Source: Podarcis gaigeae | Taxonomy: Eukaryota | NCBI GenBank assembly: GCA_964106915.2 | Contig: OZ066919.1 | DNA: 64,000 nucleotides | Strand: one strand, 5' to 3' | In this document: positions 25,258-37,756 of the stretch, piece after piece | Numbering within the stretch: position 1 is the stretch's first letter | How the letters are laid out: each line of letters opens with the position of its first letter | Translations under genes and position numbers: made by a program | The notes under the pieces: generated by a model | Database searches by the model: none | The model's input: only the letters and a program-made list of their open reading frames with translations | Told to the model about the DNA's origin: nothing

Positions 25258-25658
25258 TTCAACATTGTTCCCCAGAAACAGTTATACTACATTTAATCAG
25301 CAAGCAGTGCATCCCTTTCCATGAATTTTCCTGATAAATGGCATTTTCTTCCCTTGTTCAGCTCTCATAGCACTGACAAACTCAACTCTCACCTCAGACT
25401 TCTCTGTCTTTCATACCTCTATCAACATACCTGTAAACTTGGCTAATTCTGTCTCACCACTTCCATTCCTACAAACCACAAATGTTCTTTACTTCCAGCA
25501 ACACAACAAATGTCATTTTACAAGCTAGTAATTTGTGTGCATGGACTTTAATGTACAAAATCTTGAGCCCCAGCCTCAAAGTCAGCCTTCCTCTGCCACA
25601 GTCAGTCACCCTCCTGCTAATACCAGTTCTGATCCCCATCCTTCCATCTCCAAGGACA

Positions 25659-25731
25659 TGCTTTTATGTACGGTGTCAGCATGTGGTGACAGAAAGTTTA
25701 CATCACATGCTTCATTGAGTGCAGAAAAGCA
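25659..25731 (-). promoter_or_regulatory. SELENOP2: SECIS element of SELENOP2
   Basis: Minus strand: UGCUUUUCUGCAC-UCA-AUGAA-GCAUGUGAUGU-AAA-CUUUCUGUCAC-CACAUGC-UGAC-ACC-GUACAUAAAAGCA. AUGA/UGA core (25712-25715, 25676-25678), helix II GCAUGUG/CACAUGC, AAA 11 nt above the core, helix I UGCUUUU/AAAAGCA. Confidence 0.9.
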
Positions 25732-26225
25732 GGAAATGCAAAAATGGGGTCAAAATTGGCTTCTCAAGAAGCTGATTACCATAGCAGCTCTGTGTTCCTG
25801 AGGAAAACAAGATGGCTTCCTTAGGCAGTCCTCACCACAGAAATGGGATGTATCTAAAAATCCATCTGAGCCCAAGAGCAACACCACCTTAAGGCTTGGT
25901 GGAACAAAACTGGTGGATATGAGGTTAACTGGGAGACAGATTCAAAATGAGGACGGAGGTCTCATTGTGGACAAGCAGTTAAACTTTCCAATCACATATA
26001 TGACACAACAAAAGTTTATGTTGTGTCCTCTGCTATCTGTTGAGAGACCTTGAACGTTTAGGGAGTGGAACATTCACTTCCCTTCCTCTGCTGAAAACTG
26101 AGCCATCATATTTCTTCCTTCTGATGCATGTAAGTTTGCCCCCTGGCTCTTCTTAAAAGCTTGCTTAGTGCTGAGTGTGCTTATGGCTAACAGTTGGGTG
26201 TTGCATACACTGAAGTTTAAATGTT

Positions 26226-29200
26226 TTATGGGGATTCCCTTGTTTGATGCTTCTGTGAGCGATTCTGAGAGTGGAGAACTGGCTGGTGTGTACTGCTCAA
26301 ACCCAAGGCTTTATGGTTGCCGACTCCTCCATGATGTGAATAGTGATGGGCTGTGTGCTTGGTGTTAGGTGCTTCTTGGCTTGGCTCATCGTGATGGTAC
26401 TTGGGTTCTTCCAGGTGCTTCTCTTTGTGTCCAGATGCCTCAGTTGTCGTCACGTTAGTACTTGTTGTCTTATTCACCTGTGAAGGTAATGAAAGATTCT
26501 AGTATATGTACATACAGATGGGCTTAGGGTGAAGACAGAAACACATTATTAAAAGTGAAGATGGATGTATATATCTGAAGTGATCTGCATTTAGCCCTTT
26601 TTGACAAAATATGTAAACTTCCAAAATAAACTGAGCTCAGAGCAACTGCTACTTTCTGTTTTCAGGAGACATTGGCTGTGGAGAATGGTGATTGCCTGGC
26701 AGTCACTTAAAAAGTGGTTTTAAAGAATGTGTAAAATAGAAGTTTAAATGAGTAAACTTGCTGGATGTTTAGGCATAGAAATGGTTTTTAAAAGCCCAAA
26801 GTTTGAGGGGCAAAAAGCTGCACAGGAGTTTAAGCCAAGTATATATCTCTCTCAAAAGAGCAGGGAGGGAAGAAGGATTGATTTATTCAGATCAGAAAAA
26901 TCTGCAGCCCTCCTGGAAGGAGATCTGTTTTACTTCACTCTCGGTATGGTCGAAATGGCTTAAAAGGTATTTATAATATTTTGCTGCATTGGCTATCGGG
27001 GCAGCAAAAAACTAAAATAGGTAATACACCAGCCCCCACCCCCCCGCAATCCCACCTTGAGGAATGAATTTTCAGATCACTGATGGGGCAGGAAGTGACA
27101 CCACAGGACAAGACAGCAGTTACTATTTCTTCTGTCCAATGAGCAATATGCTCCCATTCACTGGGAACAGGAAGCACTTCAACCTGACAAATTAAGGCTG
27201 TTAATTTCTTTTTTTCCAAGAACTGAGGGCAGACAATGGCTACTGGGTGAGGCTCAAGCAGTACATGATGGTAGCAGATCCAGGTCTTGCCCCACCATGT
27301 ACAAAACAGGAAGGTGGGGTTGGCTTTAGAGAAAAGGGGTGCCTGGGTGAGGGGAACCAAACCTTTCCTGCACTTGATGCCACACAGCTTCTGTTCCAAA
27401 GTGTTTTTCTCCAAGTCAATCTCACTTTTAGTATCTGAACTCAACTGGGGAGAAAAGCACTTGGGGGAAGGCATAAAGATGTGTATGTGTGAGAAGCTGC
27501 AAGTGGGGGGCGGAGTTTAGCATTTCCTCCCACCTGGGTTCTCCTGGACCCCTCCACACTACACTATCTGTGACTGCGGCAGACCTGGTGTATCCATCTG
27601 CAATTTGCTTCTGAGGTTTTTATTTCAAGATGGTTTACTTCCTGTCAAGATGAAAGATGCTTTGTGGTATCTCAACATCCTTGCTTGCTGTAGTGGCCCA
27701 ATATAATAAAACCCTCCCTTCCACCTTCTCCTCCCACATCCCTGTTGTAAGACCAATTTGATCAGAAACCTAGAATTCCCAGGCAGAAGTTCAGGATGAG
27801 CAAATGAGAAAACATCTGGCTTAAACAAAATAGTTGAAAAGGAAGTTGATGAGGGGATTCAAGTCCTTACCTCCTGGCTGCTGTTAGAGGGGTACCAGGA
27901 ACAATTGCCGCAGTAGTCTTTGCTGTGTGTGTACCGCACGGCTGCTTCAACATAGGGCAAGTGCAGAAAACTGTATGGCAGCTGGATGTGGAAAGCCAGC
28001 CTGCTGCACCTGCAAAGCCCAAGAGCCATGAAATAAATGGACATAAAGTTAGTGTCAGGAGAGCCTGTACTCCACTAATTTACTAATGAATCTAACTTGG
28101 CCCGAAGAATCTGATTTTTCTCACCAACAGTTGTGAGGCATGATGGTAAAGAGAAACGTATTTTTTGCTCTATAGGATGCACCTGATCATAGGACGCACC
28201 TTGTTTTAGAGGGGGGAACAAGAAAAAGAAATTCTCCCCCTCTCTGCGCAGCACCCCTTCAGCAAAGTGGCAGGAGAAACGGAGCCCCTTCCATTTCTCC
28301 TCCCGCTTAGCTGAAGGGGCGCTGCGCCTTAGCTGAAGGGGCACCTACCCTTCAGCGAAAAGAACCCAAAGCCTCTGGAGCGCGGTGGGAGTGCTCCCAC
28401 TGCGCTTTGGAGGCTTTGCGTTGCTATCGCTGAAGCCAAGGAGCCTGCATTCGCTCCATAAGATGCACACACATTTCCCCTTAATTTTTGGAGGGGAAAA
28501 TGTGCGAAAAATATGGTACATCATGGTATGTCCTTTCTTTACAGATGTGTCCTCAAACAGACTTTTTGATAATGTATTCAGGAATCCCAGATTCCATATA
28601 TCTTACTTTCCTCCCTTCTGCCCAGGCCTGCAGACCCCCATTGGCCTCCCATCAGCAGCTGCCTACGGAGCACCCTCTTCTGCCCCTGCTAGTGCTGCTG
28701 ATGGGATCCCTGCTGGTGGCAGCAGGGGCTTTTAGCAGCCAAGGAAGGAGCTGGACTGAGCTGCCCTGCAGTCCATTGGATCCTGAGATGGTCCCACTGC
28801 CAGAACTGGGCTTCTTCCAGGCTCAATTGCTGCACCAGTTCCAAGCTGGCTCAGTGATCTGCCTTCCCTCCCTTCTGCTCCGGTTGCTATGGACAGCAGT
28901 GGCCCTGACTCTCCAAAAACCCTATCAGTCTTGGGTGGGTGGAGAGTTAGGATTGCTCCCTTAAGCACTGACCTGTCATAGATCAGGAAGTCATCCTTGT
29001 CCCCATCTAGAATGTGCCAGACGTCAGGCTCCAGAATCTGCTGCTGGTAAACAGGAACTCCCTCTGGGGCATGCCGTTTGAGCTCCCAGTACATAGCCCT
29101 GGAGAAAGGAGTCTTCTCATTCACAATCATGAAGCTGACATTGGTCACTCCTTCAAGTGACAACTTCCTCTGCAAGCTGCCAAGGCTGGAAGAACAAACA

Positions 29201-30029
29201 ACCTTTAGAAAATGCGGTGCACAGATATAGGTTCCAGCCCTTGCCCTCTGCACATACCATGTGGGATATGAGCCTGGACTGCTGGACGGAGGCCCCTTCA
29301 TTTATCAGTTCACTGGACTTGCCATTACAGCGGTCCCTGCTACATAGATCCAGCGATAAGTTAAATGATACATATTATGCTTGAGCTGTAATTCACCAGG
29401 AAAATTGCATCCACCGACAATATGTGTGTTATATCTGGCCGGCTGCAGCCCAGGCCTCAATTTTTGATTGCTGAACTGGAGCTTATAGACAATCAGTTCA
29501 GTTCTGTGTTTCCTGGTAGAAAGCCTAGGGGCAAAGATATGACCTTAAGAGTTGTGATATTGCCACTGAACACCAGATACAGGGTTCCAATACATATCTG
29601 ACTTTCTAGTCACATCCAGACCATATTTTTAAAGCATGTGACTTTCCCCAAAGCATTATGGGAACTGTGATTTACCCCCTTCACAGAGCTACAGTTCCCA
29701 GCACTCTTAAACTGTGGTTCCCCTGACTCTTTGGGGAAAGCCATGTGCGTCAAATGTATGGTGTGGCTGTGACCTAACAGCTCCTGACTCAGGCAATCTT
29801 CTCTATGAACTCACCTGGCGGCCTGCTTGAGACAGAACTGTCAGCTGGCTTTCAACAGTGCCACCACTGTCACTTGGCCCTCCATCCCAGCCATGGGGGC
29901 CACCCCATTGATCTTCCAGAGTGGTGCAGGCTGGCATATTCGGGTCCTGTTCTCAGCCACGTCTGCCAGCGTAGCAGCAATTGCCAGGAGCAGCAGCAAG
30001 GTTGTTGTGGCTAGGGCTGAATAGCCCAT
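26226..30029 (-). CDS. SELENOP2: Selenoprotein P2 (SelPb), single Sec, 272 aa
   Basis: Coding exons 30029-29815, 29185-28973, 28009-27871, 26477-26226 (215+213+139+252 = 819 nt). Signal peptide MGYSALATTTLLLLLAIAATLA; GQVTVVALLKAS-U(TGA 29843-29841)-QFC; DVWHILDGDKDDFLIYDRCSRLAFHIQLPYSFL; CGNCS; His-rich tail; no Sec-rich C-terminus; SECIS in the 3'UTR. Confidence 0.95.
28156..28516. mobile_element. Tc2/pogo-like non-autonomous element
   Basis: CGTATTTTTTGCTCTATAGGATGCACC ... GCGAAAAATATGG-TA. Shares end blocks with 13290 and 50288. Confidence 0.75.
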
Positions 30030-31411
30030 CCTGGCCACCTCCCTTCAGCCTAAAGTAGAAGAGAGCAGCTTAAGACCCTCAGCAGGGAAGTCTGGGGGGG
30101 GGGTTGAAGGGGGAAATAATGAATATGATATGTTTTGATAATTTATTATGTTGAAATTGTTAATAAAAAACTTCCCTCAACAGGCCAGATGCAGCCTTTA
30201 AGTCTCATAAGACTTTTTTCTTAATAAACATAGATAGGATTGTCCTACATGGATGCCCTAGTGCCCTGTATTTGAAAGTGACAGTAATGGATGCTTAAAG
30301 ACACACTCACATATCAGCTGCCCAGGATTTCAGCTACAGCAAGGGTTGTTGCTATCCTGTAGCCCTCTGGATATTGTTGCAGTACAACTCCCAGCATGGT
30401 CATTAAGAAAATATGAAGAGACCTGCTGGATCAGACCAAAGGCCCATCTAGTCCAGCATCCTGTTCTCACAGTGGCCATCCAATGCCTAGTGCCACAGCA
30501 CTCCCTCTATTTGTGGTTCCCATTGACTGGTATGCAGAAGTGTCTTAGACAGTGGAGGTATCCATCATATCTAGTGTTTATGGATAGCCCTGTCCTCCAG
30601 GAATTTGTTTAATCCTCCTGTCTTGCCAAAGGCAAGGTGGTTCTTTTAAAATGAGATTCAGAAGCAATACAAAATACACAAGTGAGCAAGAATATTCAAA
30701 GAAACTCTGCACAAACCATCCGATATTATAGACAGTCTGTGTGGCTTCCAAGACTGGCCACGTGCAGATCATCATTAGCCACCCCCTCCCAAGGCCTCAC
30801 TTTCTCAAAACAATGTCCAGCATCAAAGAAGGTACCCAGAATTATCCTCCACAACTGATGAAGGCAGCTATGTGTGGGGCTTCACCTCCTCCCAAAGTTC
30901 TCAGGACATTAAAGACTGTTCTCACAGCATCAAAAAACTTAACAAGAGCAAGGGAGGGGAGAGCAACAGAGGCAGGAAGGGTAACCGTGTCAGATCACTA
31001 ACTCCTCAATACATTTTGTTTTCCAGATGCATTTCCCATACATCTCCAAAATAGTAGCTATCTCCACATCCTGTGAGAGCAAGTACTTATATAGTACTTC
31101 TTTTTGTCCACCCTGAATTTTCCAATATTCAGCTTCACTGGATGGCCTAATATTCTGGATGACAGAGAACAACTTCTCTCCATCTACGTTCTCCATGCCA
31201 TGCATAATTGCAGACATCACTATCATGTCCCTACCTTATACACCTTTTTTCTAATCTGGAAATCCCTAAATGCTGTAACCTTTCCTCATAAGATGATTGT
31301 ACCAGCCCTTTGATCATTGTAGTTGCCCTCGCCTTTTCTGAAACTTTTCCAACTCTACAGAATATATTTTTAGGTGACCTGAATGGTGACCTGAATGGTA
31401 TACAGTATGCC

Positions 31412-31549
31412 CAGTGCTTTTTTTTCCCTAGAAAAACAGGTGCCGGCACAATGAAGTTGTTATAGTAAGTGCCACACTTTTTAACAACAACAAAATGAGG
31501 TGCTGGTATTGCGTACCCTTGAGTACCACCCCTGGGGGGGAAAGCACTG
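31412..31549. mobile_element. hAT-type MITE (terminal repeats like 5505)
   Basis: CAGTGCTTT ... AAAGCACTG with a perfect 8-bp TSD AGTATGCC (31404-31411, 31550-31557). Confidence 0.85.
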
Positions 31550-32287
31550 AGTATGCCTAGTACTGTGTTGTCCCACAGATAGGGCCAAGGAAGGAGTCTG
31601 GCAGCCAAGCACTCTGGTTTGGCAGACAATGGTGAAGACAACACAGTCTGGACTGGAACATGCCTCAAGCAGAAAGTGGGATCTAAAAATGAATGCATGC
31701 AAATATCTAGACCAGACAAAAGCAATCAGGTAAGCCACAGGCCACAAGGCAATTCACATACGTTAAGACACATATAGGCACCCTATTGCTTTTAAAGGAT
31801 ATTGGCTCCATTTTACAAGTGGGGCACTATATGAGTCAGATAACCATGGGAGAGAATGCACAAAAAGTTAAACATTAATAAAGAGTGTGCCTCTGAGCAT
31901 ATTCAGAGTAATTCCCCATGCTGCTTAGCAGCTGCAGCTTCCCCTTCCTTCCTGCACTTAGAATTTAGGAATAGTGTGCATCTGAGCATATGTTTTTCAC
32001 TTGTTACTAAACAACTGCAGTTTTCCTTTCCCTATACTTTTATAAATACAAAGCAGGGCTGATGATGTGATGGCACGTTTCCTACATAGATGAACACTCC
32101 AGTATAAGTTTTGCTAGAAATTAAGAACTGTTCAAAAAGCAAAGAGGAAAAAAAGCACTGTCTTCCTCTGTTGTCATCAAACTAAAACAAGAGAATTCTC
32201 ATGTGCAGTTTATGCAACAAACTGTATTCCTAACCCAGAGCCCCCTCTTTATTGACATTCATCCTGATTTGCTTGCACAAAGCTTAC

Positions 32288-32430
32288 ACAGAAGTTAAAT
32301 TTTAGCTAGTCTTTGCTGAGTACCCATTCTGATTTGTTTGCAGGGTAGTTAGTTATATGACAATTAGCATCCATTCAGATTTGCTTGCAGGGTCTTTATA
32401 GGTCTTCCTATTAGTCATTTGCGCATTGCA
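32288..32430 (-). promoter_or_regulatory. SELENOP2: Candidate SELENOP2 promoter and non-coding exon 1
   Basis: Minus-strand TATAAAG at 32400-32394, donor |GTAAGC at 32287, AP-1-like TGACTAA just upstream. The ATG exon has an acceptor at 30049, so an upstream exon must exist. This location is a guess. Confidence 0.35.
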
Positions 32431-32550
32431 CATGTTTTCAGTGCATTTCCCCATCACTTTCCAAACTGCAAAAAGTCTGGTGTTTTTGTGTGAAGTGGAT
32501 TTGTTGCCCAGAATCCTTTAATCTGCTTTAACTGTGCAAATCTAAATTTC

Positions 32551-32797
32551 ATCATCATCATCAATCTTTATTACGGTCCAGAGACCCAACAAATCATTAC
32601 AAAGCAATACACAATTCACACAGCCTACCTCCAGGTTAAACAAGCATTTTGTTCAGAATATAGGGATCATTTGTTCTTGCAATCACTGATAAAAACTTTG
32701 CCACAGCTAATGTTCTAGCATTTGTCTGGTCTTCCAATAAGAACCTGACATAGTGAGCCTCTGATTTTCCCGGGAAAGGTATCAGCAAGGGTAGTAT
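32551..32797 (-). mobile_element. 5'-truncated LINE (RTE-X-like) insertion
   Basis: 14-bp TSD CAAATCTAAATTTC (32537-32550, 32798-32811), AATAAAG + (GAT)n tail on minus, ORF-end-like peptide ...YVRFLLEDQTNARTLAVAKFL. Clade assignment is tentative. Confidence 0.7.
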
Positions 32798-34703
32798 CAA
32801 ATCTAAATTTCCAGCATGTATTTGCATCCCTTCTGCAAGATAGTGAATGTCCGGAAGCACTGTTAGTTTCTCCCCCACATTTTTTTACAGCTCTGGATGC
32901 ATTCATATCTAATGCTAAGCAAAGCCATAGTTTAGTGTGAACTGGCTGCTGGGGAGAAGATTACAGCTGCTCCTCTGTGGCCCCTTTAGCTCAGTGGGGT
33001 GCAGCACCAAAGCCAAGGGTGGCTTAGTGAGTTGTCTGAACTTGGGATACGGATTAAGCTCTTGCCTCCTTAACAATTATCTACAGCCAAGATTTGTTAC
33101 TGGCTACATATTGCAGCTTAGCTACCCAACTGAGCTAAAAAGCCTGGGGAGGAACAAAGCAGGTGAAAGCTCCTCTCTGGGAGCCAGCCTGTTTTGCACA
33201 GTCCTGGTGAGCCACACCACATCACATGGATGAAATCTCAGCAAGAGTCTTGTTGCTTTCCAACACACTGGTTAGAAAAGGACACACACCCAAGCCTTGT
33301 TAAACTTGTAAAAACAAGCCACCGAAACCCAGCATGATTCAGCCACACCACCCTAATCTCTCAATAAAAATAGTTCTTTAGAAAGCCCTTGTTGATCCCA
33401 GAAAGTGGCAAAACAGGGAAGGCAATGCCTTTGGTTGGATCAAATCTTGGCAGGATGTTCCCCTCCCCTAATTGTCCTCTGGAACAGGGTCCAAGCTTTT
33501 GACTCCACCATCAGAAGCAGTGGCGCTTGCATTCTAAAGCTGGTCACAACTTCCCCGTCATCCCCTGCTTGTCACCACACAGGCTGTGTGCAATTCCCTC
33601 CCATATATCCCTCACCTTCCCACATCCAAGAAAAACAGCCTTGGGGTGGTGGTAGTAGATTAGGAACAACTCAGAGATCAGATAATGCTTATCTTGGCAA
33701 GATTCAAAACCTATCACAGTCTCACCCACAAAAGGTGGTTCAGTCAAAGGTGATTTGACACTTGCCAATGTTGGGCCTCTCAGGAATCCACCAAGACTTT
33801 GTTCTAGGAAGCAGTAGCACAACTTTGCCTTTCTTGTTCAGAACCTTTCTGCTCTAACTTCATTGCGATAAATATTTCTCATGAGCCTCCAAAGCACCAG
33901 CTATATTCACCAACTGCAGAAATTGAACTTAATAGACATTGCCACCCCCCTTCCCAACAAGTCTGCACCAAGAATTCCCACCAGGTGATACTCTGCCTTT
34001 TCTCAGGTGACTCCAGCTGTTGTTCTACTCCGATCAATGGCAGTCCTACTGTAGCTCTGTTCTCTCTGATCTCTTATCCCCAGGCTGGCTGTGGCGTACT
34101 TTATCTCTCATTCAAGGTCTCTCCACCCAGAAGGGGCTGGGAGAGAGGAGGTGCTTGGCTGGGGGCTAGATACACAGATGTCCTTGAAGAATTTCAGAGC
34201 AGCATGAATTGCGTTCACCACTGCCATACACCCAGCGGTACTTGTTTTTCATTCAGAGACATCACATTCAGGAACTGAAGAAATACCATGCAGTGCCAGG
34301 CCAGGAACACTGGAAAGCATTATGCTCTTGGAAGATGGCAGGACTGCATCCTGGCAGTTTTCAGTTACATTGAGGAATACATTACTGGTGTGATGAGATG
34401 GGCCGCCTTGCTATAAAGCAAAAGGAAGCAATTGTTATAGGCTGTACTATTTTTCTAGAAAAAGAAGTGCCGGAACTCACCATGAATGCCTCCATTGTTC
34501 TCTTATCATGGCAACGGTGTCCGCCTGAAAGACGCTGGAACTGAGTTCCAGTGAGTTCTGGATGAAAAGAAGCTCTGGTTATAGGCAACAGATTCCAAAA
34601 GAGACAAACTGTACCCACTCAACTTGCATTATTGTGATGGGGTGGTATATGTTGACTTTTTGCTTCAGATGAAAAATTGTTTTAAGATTAGTAGCTAAAG
34701 ATA

Positions 34704-35072
34704 AAAGGTAAAGGGCCGTTGGATGGTTAAGTCCAGTCAAAGACAACTATGGGGTTGTGGTATTCATCTCACTTTCAGGCTGAGGGAACTGGTGTTTGTC
34801 CACAGCAACTTTCCGAGTCATTTGACCAGCATGACTAAACTGCTTCTGGTGCAACACAACACTGTGATGAAAGCCAGAGCACACGGAAACACTGTTTACC
34901 TTCCTGCTGCAGCGGTACATATTTATCTATTTGCACTGGTGTGATTTGAACTGCTAGGTTGGCAGAAGCTGGGACAGAGCAACAGGAGCTCACCCCATCA
35001 AGCAGATTCAAACTGCCGACCTTCAAATTGGCAAGAGGCTCAGTGGTTTAGACCACAGTGCCACCCGCGTCC
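34704..35072 (-). mobile_element. Sauria SINE
   Basis: Collinear with 796-1202 over its whole length. Confidence 0.9.
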
Positions 35073-36499
35073 AACTAGTAGGACTGGTACAGCATGATGA
35101 GATATCCATGAGTATATGAAAAACAGTTCCTTTGAGTTTCCAATTCAGGCATGAACTCCCTAATATTCCTACTCTAAAGTATATGAGAGGACAGATTTGA
35201 CAATGAGCAGTCAACTATGGGGTTGGAGGAAATTTAACTGAATGTGAACTGACATGAGAGAACCTGGGTGGAAAACTGGTTTTCTGGGATAATAAAAGTG
35301 AATTGATTGAGTGATGTGAGGTACAAGTGAAATAGAGTTCCTCTGAACATGTGCAGAACACCTCTGCCTTGCAAGAGAAAAGCTGTCATGTATAATACAT
35401 TTTGAAACAGGATTTCCTGAGTAGATTATATGGCTTCCAGACTGCCCCTTAAGGCCCCGTACTCATGTTACCCCTACAACGTTGGAAGTGCTGCAGTGCT
35501 GCTCCTTCTTGCATTGCTGGGGTAACAGTGAGAAGCCCAGACCATGAGTAACAAAGCCCACATCACAGCTTCTTCCTGTGCCAATGCTAACCATTAAGAT
35601 ACACTCTTTTTTATAATATTTTTTATTAAGGATTTTCTTGTTTTACAAAAGTGTAGTGCCTCGTATTTTTTTCTTCTTCTTCTTCCATGTAACGTTTTTA
35701 CAAATCCGTTCCATTTGTTGAGGCATTAGGGGGAGAAGAAAAAAGAAAGAAAAAAGAAAGGGGATGGAGAGAGGGAAGATGGATGGGGGTGGAGTCGGGT
35801 GGCGGTGTAGATACACTCTTGTACCCTGCAGGAGTGGTGCTGCTGAAGATCCCATACGAGCAAGTAACGTAAGAACCTAGAAATTATGTCCTGTCCCCAT
35901 TTTCTTGCCAGGTTTCTGTACAACTAGTACCTACAGGCCAGTCCCCATCAACCCCCGCCCCCAAGTATTGGCCTTCTCCAAATCTATACCTTTCCAGCAG
36001 TACACACACACTCTTTTCCCTCACAATAGTCCCCACCCCACTTTAGAAGCCCTGAAGGGAGAGAAAAGTATTTCCCAATATCTGATAAAGACACATGCAA
36101 ACCTGCTGTACCTGGAACTGGGAGAGTGCAGCTGAGTGGGACACCGTCGAGGGCAGCCTGAGGAAGTCCCATCCACCTTGGATCTGCAAGTCTCCGAGAG
36201 GATAGGGTGATTTCTGAGATTTCCAGGAACTCTTCTCGTTGTGAAACTTTTGTTGGTGAGCTGTGTTTGTTTCGACCCTGGGTGCTGAGAGGGAGGGTTT
36301 TGTCAGAAGGAAAATGCATTGATATGGATTTAAATATAGTGGTAACTTTCTATTACTGTAATATTTTTATGTGTGCTTTTGTAATATTTTGTTTTGTCTG
36401 CTGTTGCTGTTTCAGCTTATTGTAAACCGTTTAAGAGATATTTTAAATAAGCAGCACAAAAATTAAATAATCAGTCATCATCATCAACATCATAAAGTA

Positions 36500-36686
36500 C
36501 CGTGGTACCTCAGGTTAAGTACTTAATTCGTTCCAGAGGTCTGTACTTAACCTGAAACTGTTCTTAACCTGAAGCACCACTTTAGCTAATGGGGCCTCCT
36601 GCTGCCGCCGGGCCGCCGGAGCACAATTTCTGTTCTGGGTTAGTGGAGTCTGTAACCTGAAGCGTATGTAACCCGAGGTACCAATG
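36500..36686. mobile_element. Tigger-like MITE (family of 2926, inverted)
   Basis: TA-CCGTGGTACCTC ... GAGGTACCAATG-TA. Interior is the reverse complement of 2926-3151. Confidence 0.85.
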
Positions 36687-37089
36687 TATGCCACTTCCTT
36701 GTGCCTTTCCACTGAAATCTAAAACTGTTACGAGTGTGTGAAAATGAGAGGTTCGATCTAAAGGCCTGTTCTTAAAAATACTTTCAAGACTGAATTGCAA
36801 AGCTCCTCCTCACATAAAAAATAAAAATAACAGCGAGTCTTCAAGCGCTGCAAATACTTAACAAGGCTGCCCACTCAGTGGTGGCGGTATGAAAGCAATG
36901 TATTTTAAGAACATTCCTTGGGATTTTTAAAAATAAAATAATTGTAGCACAAAACAGTGTTATCAACAAAGGTAAAATAAACGCTCTTGGTTGTTGTTGG
37001 GTTTTTTTTTTGGGGGGGGGGAATAGCGTTGTAGGAAAGGAGATTGCAGCCCATTGAACGGCTGATAAGCGTAGCAACTGCTTTTGCTT

Positions 37090-37500
37090 AGGACCTGCGA
37101 GCCGGTGGAAGATGTTGGCGTAGCTCCACGTGCGCCCTGGGGACACTCGCCTTCCGCTTCCGACCGCGTGTTGCGGAGCCCCTCCTTGCGGGAGATTCAA
37201 GTCAGCGGCGGGAGGAGGAGGAGTTCCGGCGCCTGCCTGCCTGCTGCTTGAAAGTCACTTTCACGTGAGGAATCAAAGACACACGGCAGATGAGCTTTCA
37301 CTCAGGAGGCCTGAGGCAAGATCTAAAGGGGGAAGAGAGGGAGAGGATAGACTCTGCAGCTAGGCAGAGAAACGTGCAGATTTCTGGGGGAGGGGCAGAT
37401 TCCTCCCCCTTAGACCTGGATTCCTTTGATTTTTCAGGCACACGTCAGCCGAAGGGAGATGGCACAGAGCTGCCGCCGCCTCCTCCCGCCCCCCCTACAA
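37090..37500 (+). promoter_or_regulatory. HPDL: HPDL CpG-island promoter / probable non-coding exon 1
   Basis: CpG-rich, E-boxes CACGTG (37127, 37262), ETS-like CTTCCG x2, candidate donor CAC|GTGAGG at 37265. Confidence 0.6.
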
Positions 37501-37540
37501 AACCTGGAGGCACTAACAGAACAGGCCCCTGTTCCCATCC

Positions 37541-37670
37541 AGGGAAGGTACCACTAGGGTCATCTAGCCCAACCCCCTCTGTAATGCAGGGAACTTTTGC
37601 CTAACCTGGGACTCGAACTCATGAGCCCGTGATTAAGAGTCTTGTGCTCTACCAACTGAGCTTCCCCACC
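37541..37670 (-). mobile_element. tRNA-Lys-derived SINE with CR1-type tail (POM/Squam2-like)
   Basis: Minus: AGCTCAGTTGGTAGAGCACAAGACTCTTAATCACGGG...GAGTTCGAGTCCCAGGTTAGGC followed by GGGTTGGGCTAGATGACCCT. Confidence 0.75.
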
Positions 37671-37756
37671 CCATGACAACTGAGCTGGCTTTCTTTTCTG
37701 TTTCTGTAGGTCTAGCAGCAAAAGTTGTGTTACCACTGACCACCCTTTCAAACTGC

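Noticed and set aside
26971-27474. 167-aa minus-strand ORF in the SELENOP2 intron
   Set aside because: No recognisable domain, not needed for the spliced frame, and it contains an internal repeat.
28732-28972. Open frame continuing past SELENOP2 exon 3 into the intron
   Set aside because: The conserved DR|C junction with a GTCAGT donor explains the structure. The extension shows no recognisable homology.
37599-37670. tRNA-Lys(CTT) gene on the minus strand
   Set aside because: Stems are mismatched and it continues into a CR1-like tail, so it is a SINE head rather than a functional tRNA.
37673-37756. 429-aa HPDL start given by the ORF track
   Set aside because: The ATG lies upstream of a strong splice acceptor next to a SINE. 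Recognisable HPDL sequence begins at 37757/37760.
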